Virus record (IMG/VR): IMGVR_UViG_3300032247_001974
Coordinates: 1 to 26,009 of that record
DNA: 26,009 bases
DNA from: a virus
Lineage: Duplodnaviria; Caudoviricetes
Direction: 5' to 3' (one strand)
Shown here: piece after piece, positions 7,840 to 16,800 of the stretch
Layout: the number at the start of each line of letters is the position of its first letter
How positions within the stretch are numbered: position 1 is the first letter of the stretch
Notes under the pieces: generated by a model
Database searches by the model: none
What the model saw: the letters and a program-made list of their open reading frames with translations, nothing else
Told to the model about the DNA's origin: nothing
Program-made: the position numbers and the translations under genes

Positions 7840-10800
7840 ATGTCAAATACAATTTTAATTAAAAGATCAGGCGTAGCGTCTGCACAGCCTTCAGCAGGCA
7901 ATCTCAGTCTTGGCGAGTTGGCCATCAACTACACAGACGGTAACCTGTTCTATAAAAACAATGGCGGTACAGTCACTGTTATCGCCAGTAACCAATTCCT
8001 CAGCGTGACCGGTAATGTCACTGCCAACAACGGCATGTTCACCAACATCGTGAATGTGGCTAGTCATACCGGTGGGATAGTGAGTGTCACGGGCAACGTC
8101 ACCGGAAGCTACATCCTGGGTAATGGTGCATTCTTGTCTGGAATCGACACTTCACTGATCTCCAATGGAAATTCCAACGTCAAAGTTTATGCCAACAGCA
8201 ATGTGGCTGTGAGCGTGGACGGAACTTCAAATGTGATTGTTTGGAGTTCTGCTGGCGAATATGTAACTGGACTGTTGAGTGTTACCGGTAATGTCACTGC
8301 CAACAACGGTATATTCACCAACATAGTGAATGTGGTTAGTTTCACAGGAACTGTGGTGTCAGTGACCGGTAATATTACCGGCGCCAATATCAGCACAGGT
8401 GGCGTGATCACGGCAACTGGTAATATTACCAGTTCGGGCAACATCAGCGCAGGTAATTTACTTACAGGTGGAATGATTTCGGCCACTGGTAACATCACAT
8501 CTAATGCCAATGTCAACGTGGACGGATATGTCACTGTTGTGGGAAATGTAAGAGCTGGAAATATAAACACAGATGGGTTGGTCAGCACTTCGGGCAATGT
8601 TCAAGCAAGCAATGTGAATGCTACACTAGTGGCAGCTACCACTGTAAGCGCAACCGGCAATGTCAACGGTGGTAACATCAACTCTAACAGTATCGTTGGA
8701 ACGACCCTTAATATCAAGGCCAGTACATTAAATCTATCATCCACCGGAAACATAAATCTAACCCCCAGTGGTAATATCGTACTGGCAAACTCATACATCA
8801 ACGGTCTTGCCATGCCTGTGCAAGATTATGACGCAGCAACCAAGCTGTATGTTGACAACTTTGCCACAACTGGTATCAGTTACCACCAACCAGTTTATGT
8901 GGCCACAAACACCACGCTGGAAACAGCCACCGGTGGTACTATAACTTATGCTCAACCCAACGGGGTAGCCAATGGTGTGGGTGCCACACTTACTACAACC
9001 GGCGCTTTTTACCTTATTGACACAGGCAATGTCCAAACAGTTGGCACACGCATCTTGGTTCAAAATCAAGCCAACGCCGTGCAAAATGGTGTGTATGTCT
9101 ATGCCAATACCACCGCTATCGTTCGTTCAACAGACACAGACGAATATGGTGCAGACAGCACACAGGCACTTAGCATCAACGACTACTTCTTTGTGCAGAG
9201 TGGTAATGTCAACGCTGGTGCTGCTTTTGTTGTAAGTGCTCCTCCGGGAACTATTACCTTTGGTACCAGCAACATCCAATTTTCTCAGTTCAGTAGCAGC
9301 CAGGTTTATAGTGCCAACACCGCTGCCGGTCTAGTGTTGAATGGCACAGTATTCAGTGCCAAAGTAGATAACAATACCACTGCATTTGATGGCACTGGAA
9401 ACATCGTAGTCAAGACCAGTGCCAATCTAACAACACCCAACATTGGTGCTGCCACAGGTACCAGCCTCAGCACCACGGGTAACATCACTGGCGGCAACAT
9501 CAATACCCCGGGCATAGTGAGTGCCGCCAAAGGTATTCAAAACACACCAATTGGTAACGCCACAGCTAACTCGGGTGCATTCACCACGCTCACAGCCAAT
9601 GGAGCAGTAACATTCACCAGCAATGTTGATAGCACTGGATATACCACTGGTGCTGTGGTTGTATCCGGTGGCATGGGTATCGCTGGCAATATTGAAATGC
9701 CAGGTACCTCACAGATACACATAGGTAGTGAACTGGGTGGAACATTTTCTGGCAGTCAGTTGTTATTGGTCAGCAATGTCAACAGCTACAGTCAAGCAGT
9801 AAAACAAAACATCAGCGATGGTGGTAGTGCAAGCAGTGACTGGGTTGCAGTAGCCAACAATGGAGATGACTCTTCATTCTACATTGACATGGGTATCAAC
9901 AGTAATACCTACAGTGATTCTGGATTTACTGCCCAAGGAGCCAATGACGGTTACTTGTATGTAAACGGTGGCAACCTTGTGATGGGAACACAGACCACTG
10001 GCAAAAATATCGTATTCCACGCCGGCGATACACTAGCGGCCAACATTGTTGCCACGCTGAGTTACACCAATTTGACTCTGAGTCAAAACACAGTATCTAA
10101 TTCTACCAGTTCGGGTGCATTGATACTGGCAGGAACCAATGCAGGACTAGGTGTAGCAGGTAACATTTATGCAGGTGGCCTAGCAAACATAACTGGTAAC
10201 ATCACGGGTGGTAATATCAACACCGGTGGGCTCATTAGTGCCACAGGCAATATCACTGGAAATTACATATTAGGTAATGGTGCATTCTTGTCTGGCATTG
10301 ATACTTCATTGATCTCCAATGGAAATTCCAATGTCAAAGTTTATGCCAATAGTAATGTAGCTATCAGTGTAGGTGGCACATCAAATGTAATTGTGTTTGC
10401 TACTACAGGTGAATATGTCACCGGAGTGTTATCAGTAAGTGGTAATATCACAGGTGGTAACATATCCACAGCTGGCAATGTAAACGGTGCTAACCTAGTA
10501 GCCACCACACTCAGTGCCACAGGCAATGTGGTTGCCAATAATGTGTTAGCAACAACCATAGTCAATAGTGCCAGCTTTACTGGAACTATAATCAGTGTAT
10601 CCGGCAACATCACCGGTGGTAACATATCCACAGCTGGCAACGTAAACGGTGCTAATGTAGTAGGTACCACACTCAGTGCTACAGGCAATGTGGTTGCCAA
10701 TAATGTGGTAGCAACAACCATAGTCAATGCAGCAAGTCATACCGGTGGATTGGTCAGCGTTACAGGTAACATCACCGGTGGTAACATATCTACAGCTGGC

Positions 10801-11565
10801 AACGTAAATGGCGCAAACATAGTAGCCACCACACTCAGTGCCACAGCTAACGTGGTTGCTAACAATGTGATGTCTACCACCATTGTAAACACAGCCAGCT
10901 TCACTGGTGGATTGGTAAGTGTTACAGGCAATGTCACAGCCAACAATGGTATATTCACTAATATTGTCAACGTGGCCAGCTTCACTGGCGCTGTGGTAAG
11001 TGTAAGTGGTAATATCACAGGTGGTAATATATCAACCGCTGGTAACGTGAATGGAGCCAACATTGTGGCCACCACACTCAGTGCCACAGGAAATGTGGTT
11101 GCTAACAATGTGATTGCCACAACCATAGTCAATGCAGCAAGTCATACCGGTGGATTGGTAAGTGTTACAGGCAATGTCACAGCCAACAATGTGCTCGCCG
11201 GTAACATTGTAAACACAGCCAGCTTCACTGGTGGATTGGTAAGTGTAACCGGTAATGTCACAGCCAACAATGGTATATTCACAAATATCGTGAATGTGGC
11301 CAGCCACACAGGTGCTGTGGTAAGTGTAAGTGGTAATATCACAGGTGGTAATCTTACCACAGCTGGTACAGCCAATGTAGCAACATTGATAGTGACCACA
11401 TTGGCCAACATAACCTCTACCACAACTTCTACCAGTAGTATCACAGGTGCTGTGATTGTGGCAGGAGGGTTAGGGGTCGCAGGAAACATCTATGGCGGAG
11501 CGTTATATGACAATGGCACAGCGGTACTGACTATAAATTCAACCGTCGATGGCGGAACCTATTAA
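7840..11565 (+). CDS. Long tail-fibre protein (1241 aa) with T4 gp37-like N-terminal motif
   Basis: N-terminus ILIKRSG...P...L.LGELAINYTDGNLFYKN resembles the T4 gp37 N-terminus. Has DAATKLYVD and RILVQNQ...NGVY fibre motifs and a 27-aa repeat shaft. Ends VDGGTY. RBS GAGGA at 7829-7833. Confidence 0.8.
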   Translation: MSNTILIKRSGVASAQPSAGNLSLGELAINYTDGNLFYKNNGGTVTVIASNQFLSVTGNVTANNGMFTNIVNVASHTGGIVSVTGNVTGSYILGNGAFLSGIDTSLISNGNSNVKVYANSNVAVSVDGTSNVIVWSSAGEYVTGLLSVTGNVTANNGIFTNIVNVVSFTGTVVSVTGNITGANISTGGVITATGNITSSGNISAGNLLTGGMISATGNITSNANVNVDGYVTVVGNVRAGNINTDGLVSTSGNVQASNVNATLVAATTVSATGNVNGGNINSNSIVGTTLNIKASTLNLSSTGNINLTPSGNIVLANSYINGLAMPVQDYDAATKLYVDNFATTGISYHQPVYVATNTTLETATGGTITYAQPNGVANGVGATLTTTGAFYLIDTGNVQTVGTRILVQNQANAVQNGVYVYANTTAIVRSTDTDEYGADSTQALSINDYFFVQSGNVNAGAAFVVSAPPGTITFGTSNIQFSQFSSSQVYSANTAAGLVLNGTVFSAKVDNNTTAFDGTGNIVVKTSANLTTPNIGAATGTSLSTTGNITGGNINTPGIVSAAKGIQNTPIGNATANSGAFTTLTANGAVTFTSNVDSTGYTTGAVVVSGGMGIAGNIEMPGTSQIHIGSELGGTFSGSQLLLVSNVNSYSQAVKQNISDGGSASSDWVAVANNGDDSSFYIDMGINSNTYSDSGFTAQGANDGYLYVNGGNLVMGTQTTGKNIVFHAGDTLAANIVATLSYTNLTLSQNTVSNSTSSGALILAGTNAGLGVAGNIYAGGLANITGNITGGNINTGGLISATGNITGNYILGNGAFLSGIDTSLISNGNSNVKVYANSNVAISVGGTSNVIVFATTGEYVTGVLSVSGNITGGNISTAGNVNGANLVATTLSATGNVVANNVLATTIVNSASFTGTIISVSGNITGGNISTAGNVNGANVVGTTLSATGNVVANNVVATTIVNAASHTGGLVSVTGNITGGNISTAGNVNGANIVATTLSATANVVANNVMSTTIVNTASFTGGLVSVTGNVTANNGIFTNIVNVASFTGAVVSVSGNITGGNISTAGNVNGANIVATTLSATGNVVANNVIATTIVNAASHTGGLVSVTGNVTANNVLAGNIVNTASFTGGLVSVTGNVTANNGIFTNIVNVASHTGAVVSVSGNITGGNLTTAGTANVATLIVTTLANITSTTTSTSSITGAVIVAGGLGVAGNIYGGALYDNGTAVLTINSTVDGGTY
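10441..11331 (+). repeat. Intragenic degenerate tandem repeat, eleven 81-nt (27-aa) units of two types
   Basis: Unit A (GNITGGNISTAGNVNGANIVATTLSAT) starts at 10441, 10603, 10765 and 11008. Unit B (GNVVANNV.ATTIVN.ASFTG..VSVT type) fills the gaps. Order AB AB ABB ABBB = 891 nt. Confidence 0.85.
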
Positions 11566-11574
11566 GTATAATAC

Positions 11575-13311
11575 ATGACCAATACAGTTCTAATCAAGCG
11601 TTCAGGAGTCGCCAATTCGATTCCTGTGACCGGCAATTTATCTCTGGGTGAATTAGCTCTGAACTACAATGATGGAAATTTATTCTATAAAAATTCCAGC
11701 GGCACTGTAACAGTTATAGCCAGCAATAAGTTTTCGTCTGTGACCGGTAATGTCACTGGTGGTAATATTCTAACCGGCGGGGTAGTATCTGCCACAGGCA
11801 ACATCACCGGTAACTATTTCATTGGTAACGGTAGTCAGCTCACGGGTATTTCAATCACAGGAACTTTGAATAGTACCGTGGATAATTTTACCGGAAACGG
11901 ATCACAAGTTGATTTTGTTCTCAGCACCGCACCCAGCAGTGAAAATCTAACTTGGATCAACATCGATGGTGTGGAGCAACTTCGTACTGCATATAGTTTA
12001 GCCGGCAGCACAATCACATTTTCCAGTGCTCCGGCATCGGGTGCAAATGTTGAAGTCACCACACTGGCCGGAAGTATCGGCAGCAACGTCAGCATCGCCA
12101 GTGGAACCAGTAATGTAAGCATTGGTGCTGCCAATGCCAATGTTTCAGTGAGTGTTGGAGGAACATCAAATGTGGCTGTGTTTGCTACTACAGGTGAATA
12201 TGTTACTGGGGTAATTTCGGCCAGTGGCAACGTCAGTTCCGGTGGTAATCTTTTGGTTACCAATAGTGTGGGGATCGGAACCACTTCACCGGCTGCTCCC
12301 TTGCATGTTGGACCAACCGGAACCGGCGCAATAAACGGCTACACAAAATTTATAGTAAATTCAACCGATTACGCTGTTACCACTTTAAAATCCCCAGCAG
12401 CCAATTTCAGTCAGATTATTTTTACCGATCCTACAAGCACCAATCTTGGTGGTATCAACTTTTTTAATTCAAGTTATGCTACGCCAAATGCCATGGCATT
12501 TTTAACAGGCGGCGGCAATGAAAGATTGCGTATTGATGCCAACGGCAACGTAGGCATTGGTACCACGACACCAGGAGCAACATTAGATGTAACAGGCTCT
12601 ATCAGAGCTAGTGTTAATATTACATCAGCTGCTGATTTTATTGGTGGCGGCGCGGCAGGATACGCAGCTTTGTACGCCAATAGCACTGGCGGTATAATTA
12701 TTTGCCGTGGCTCATCAAGCACTAATGATATTGAGTTTTACACCAATAACGCAGAACGCATGCGTGTCGACTCCAGCGGCAACTTAGGAATTGGCACTAC
12801 TACGCCAGTTCGGAAATTGACCGTTTCTTCTGCCGGCTCTTGTGAATTTGTGCTGCAAGACACATCTCAAGCTGCCAACTCCAGAAATTGGCGTTTATTT
12901 AATACAAGCAACACGCTGTATTTTGGTACACTAAATGATGCTGGTACTTCTGGTACTGATGTGATGCAACTTACATCAGGGGCATACTTGCAATTCAATT
13001 CAGGCTACGGCTCTGTTGCTACTGCATATGGTTGCCGTGCTTGGTGCCAATATAATCAGTCTCCGTCAATCATAGGTTCAGGAAATATTACCAGTATCAC
13101 TGTTGTAGGTACAGGTGATGTTAGATTAAATTTTGCAACGGCCCTGGTTGATGCAAACTATGCTGCTGTCGCTACTACAAACGAAAGTGGAGGGCAGCCA
13201 AAATGGTGCAATTCAACTCAACCTTCTACCGTCAATGTCCGTATAGTGACTTTTAATGCAAATCAATCAACGGGTTGGTTTGAGTATAACTCTGTCGCGA
13301 TATTTAGATAA
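11575..13311 (+). CDS. Tail-fibre tip/receptor-binding protein with gp37-like N-terminal motif
   Basis: N-terminus paralogous to the 7840 gene (VLIKRSG...GELALNYNDGNLFYKN). Internal FTGNGSQVDFVLS...IDGVEQ...ITFSSAP domain, three (R.D..GN)VGIGTTxP-type repeats, globular C-terminus AYGCRAWCQYN...DANYA. Confidence 0.75.
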   Translation: MTNTVLIKRSGVANSIPVTGNLSLGELALNYNDGNLFYKNSSGTVTVIASNKFSSVTGNVTGGNILTGGVVSATGNITGNYFIGNGSQLTGISITGTLNSTVDNFTGNGSQVDFVLSTAPSSENLTWINIDGVEQLRTAYSLAGSTITFSSAPASGANVEVTTLAGSIGSNVSIASGTSNVSIGAANANVSVSVGGTSNVAVFATTGEYVTGVISASGNVSSGGNLLVTNSVGIGTTSPAAPLHVGPTGTGAINGYTKFIVNSTDYAVTTLKSPAANFSQIIFTDPTSTNLGGINFFNSSYATPNAMAFLTGGGNERLRIDANGNVGIGTTTPGATLDVTGSIRASVNITSAADFIGGGAAGYAALYANSTGGIIICRGSSSTNDIEFYTNNAERMRVDSSGNLGIGTTTPVRKLTVSSAGSCEFVLQDTSQAANSRNWRLFNTSNTLYFGTLNDAGTSGTDVMQLTSGAYLQFNSGYGSVATAYGCRAWCQYNQSPSIIGSGNITSITVVGTGDVRLNFATALVDANYAAVATTNESGGQPKWCNSTQPSTVNVRIVTFNANQSTGWFEYNSVAIFR

Positions 13312-13320
13312 GGAAAAATT

Positions 13321-13572
13321 ATGTCAAAGGTAATCATTCATGAATCGGAAACAGGTGGGGTCACACTAGTGATACCTGCTCCTAACTGTGGTATTTCTAT
13401 TGAAGAAATCGCACGTAAAGATGTGCCGCCAGGAATTCCCTATCACATCGTTGACAGATCACAGATACCGACTGATCTTGATTTTTATGATGCTTGGGAA
13501 GCAGACTTTACTGACCCCAACGGTTATGGCATCGGCGCACACGCCTGGTTCGCAGAACAGGAGCAAAAATGA
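13321..13572 (+). CDS. Small acidic protein, putative fibre assembly chaperone (first of a pair)
   Basis: 83 aa directly after a fibre gene, AAGGA RBS, IARKDVP.G.PY.IVD...IP.D..F.DAWE motif, ATGA overlap with the next gene. Confidence 0.6.
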   Translation: MSKVIIHESETGGVTLVIPAPNCGISIEEIARKDVPPGIPYHIVDRSQIPTDLDFYDAWEADFTDPNGYGIGAHAWFAEQEQK

Positions 13573-13790
13573 TCACTATCAACATGGACAAGGCCAAAGC
13601 AATCACCAAAGCCCGTTTGCGCCAAGAGCGAGAGCCATTACTTGCTGCACAGGATGTGGCATTTCAACGTGCGTTAGAAACCAATGCAGATACTGCTGCA
13701 ATCGTGGCTGAAAAACAGCGCCTACGAGACATCACCAAGCTGGCCGATGCAGCCACAACTCCTGACGAATTGAAAGCTATCACCCCATGA
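13569..13790 (+). CDS. Helical tail fibre assembly chaperone-like protein
   Basis: 73 aa with LRQEREPLL...DV.FQRALE...KQRLRDIT, resembling the R..R..LL...D...RQ.LRD.. pattern of phage tail-assembly chaperones. Confidence 0.65.
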   Translation: MITINMDKAKAITKARLRQEREPLLAAQDVAFQRALETNADTAAIVAEKQRLRDITKLADAATTPDELKAITP

Positions 13791-13837
13791 TCTTCCAAGC
13801 CTCTGAATTGGAAAAAAACTTTGATAAGTAAACAAAT

Positions 13838-16800
13838 ATGTCACTAACAGTAATTCTACCCTCGGGCGTTAGTAATACCGGCAATTTTGCAGTGGGTAGT
13901 TTGAGTGCCACGGGCAATCTTACCGGCGCCTATATCCTAGGCAATGGCGCGTGCCTGTCGGGTGTTATTACGTCTGTTGCCAATATCAACAACGGCACCT
14001 CAAATATCACAGTGGTAAGTTCAGGCGGCAACATCACTGTGGGTGTGGGCGGAACATCAAATGTAGCTGTGTTTGCTACCACGGGTGAATATGTTACTGG
14101 GGTATTGTCAGCAAGTGGCAACATCACCGGTGGCAATATATCAACAGCTGGCAATGTGAATGGTGCCAATCTAGTTGCTACCACTCTCAGTGCCACAGGC
14201 AATGCTATTGCTGGCAATGTCAACACCAATAGAGTGGTAGGCACTGCGTTAGCACTTTCTAGCACCGGTAATTTAAATCTAATCACTACCGGAAACGTGG
14301 TGTTGAGCGCCAACACATATATAAACAATCTTGCTTACCCTGCACAAAACGCAGATGCAGCCACCAAAGAGTATGTTGACAACTTTGCCACAACTGCTAT
14401 CAGTTATCACCAACCGGTATATGCTGCCACAAACACCACACTGGAAATAGCCACCGGCGGAACCATAACTTATACTCAACCCAACGGCGCAGGCAACGGC
14501 ATAGGTGCTAAACTTACCACAACAGGTACATACAATCTCATTGACACTGCCAACATTCAAACTGTGGGCACACGTATCTTGGTCCAAAATCAAGCCAATG
14601 GTGTTCAAAATGGGGTTTATACCTATGCCAATACCACTGCTATAGTTCGATCCACAGACACTGATGAATACGGTGCAGATAGTACCTCGGCACTCAGTAT
14701 CAATGATTACTTCTTTGTGTCTAATGGTAATGTCAATGCTGGTGCCGCATTTATTGTAAGTTCGCCTAGCGGCACAATCACTTTTGGTACCAGCAATATT
14801 CAGTTTTCACAATTCAGTAGCAGTCAAGTTTACACAGCCAATACTGCTGCTGGTTTAACTTTAGTAGGAACTGTATTCAGCACCAAGGTCGATGGCACAA
14901 CCACCGCGTTTGATGGCGGCGGCAATATCACGGTCAAAGCCAGTGCCAACCTAACAACACCCAACATTGGTGCCGCCACAGGCACAAGTCTCAGCACCAC
15001 GGGCAATATCACTGGTGCTAATCTAAACACCGCAGGAACTGTAAGCACCGCTGGAAATGTTGTAGCTAATAATGTCTTGTCAACCACCATTGTAAACACG
15101 GCCAGCTTCACTGGTGGATTGGTATCAGTAACCGGCAACGTCACAGCCAACAACGGCATGTTTACCAACATTGTAAATGTGGCAAGCCATACAGGTACAT
15201 TGGTATCAGTAACCGGCAACGTCACAGCCAACAACGGCATGTTTACCAACATTGTAAATGTGGCAAGCCATACAGGTACATTGGTATCAGTCACAGGCAA
15301 TGTCACTGGTGCATATATCCTGGGCAACGGTGCATGCCTGTCGGGTGTTATTACCAGTGTAGCCAACATCAACAACGGCACTTCAAATATCACAGTAGTA
15401 AGTTCAGGTGGAAATATCACTGTGGGCGTGGGTGGTACCGGCAATGTTGTGGTATTTGCTACCACAGGCGAATACGTTACTGGATTGTTGAGTGTAAGTG
15501 GTAACATTACCGGTGGTAATCTAAATACCACCGGCATACTTAGCACATCTGGTAACATCGCAGCCAACAATGTTATCGCCACTACAATAAGCAACGCAGC
15601 CAGCTTCACTGGTGGTTTGGTGTCAGTAACAGGCAACATCACAAGCGGTAACATATCAGCAGTGGCCAATGTGAACGGCGCTAATATTGTGGCCACCACG
15701 CTGAGTGCAACGGGTAACGTGGTTGCCAACAATGTTGTGGCCACTACTATAGTGAGTGCAGCCAGTCACACAGGTACATTGGTATCGGTATCCGGTAATG
15801 TGAATGGTGGTAACTTGATATCAGCTGCCTTGGTGCAAGGTGTTACTGTATCAAGTTCGGGTAACGTGGTTGCCAACAATGTTGTGGCCACTACCATTGT
15901 GAATGCAGCCAGCCTCACAGGTACATTGGTATCAGTGTCGGGCAATGTGAATGGTGGTAACTTGGTGTCAGCTGCACTGGTTCAAGGTGTTACTGTATCA
16001 AGTTCGGGTAACGTGGTTGCCAATAACGTGATGGCAACCACTATTGTCAACGTGGCCAGCCATACTGGTACATTAGTATCGGTAACCGGTAATGTCACCA
16101 GCGGCAATCTAATCACCACCGGCAGTGGCGGAACTATTTCTGGCACAGGTAATATCAATGCTGGTAACTTGTTGACAACAGGATTGATATCAGCTACAGG
16201 TAACGTGAATGGTGGTAATTTGGTATCGGCCGCGTTGGTTCAAGGTGCAACTGTATCCAGTTCAGGCAACGTGGTTGCCAACAACGTGACAGCAACCACT
16301 ATTGTCAACGTAGCCAGCCACACAGGAACGATCGTGAGCGTAACAGGTAATGTTACTGGCAACTACTTTATCGGTAACGGATCACAACTCACTGGTATCA
16401 GTGCCGGCAGCGGCAATGCTATTTCCAACGGAACATCAAATGTCACAGTGGTAACATCGGGCGGTAATGTTACTGTGGGCATTGGCGGCACGTCAAATGT
16501 TGCAGTGTTTGCCAACACCGGTGAATATGTGACCGGTGTGGTGTCGGTATCAGGCAACATCACTGGTGCTAATTTGGTCACTTCGGGTTCCGGTGGAAAC
16601 ATGTCCGGCACCGGTAATGTGATTGCCAACAATGGCATGTTCACCAACATTGTCAACGTAGCCAGCCACACAGGTGCATTGGTATCGGTTTCGGGCAACA
16701 TAAATGGCGGCAACTTGATATCAGCAGCCCTGGTTCAAGGCGTGACTTTATCCAGCTCAGGCAACGTGGTTGCCAACAATGTTGTGGCCACTACCATAGT

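Noticed and set aside
7840-8793. Apparent enrichment of N-x-S/T glycosylation sequons
   Set aside because: A hand count gave about 13 sequons for about 51 Asn in the first ~318 aa, roughly what the Ser+Thr content predicts, so it is not independent evidence for N-glycosylation.
8794-15016. Diversity-generating retroelement TR/VR pair or invertible fibre cassette
   Set aside because: Both copies are in-frame coding and in direct orientation, the differences are not confined to adenines, and no reverse transcriptase or invertase is in the window.
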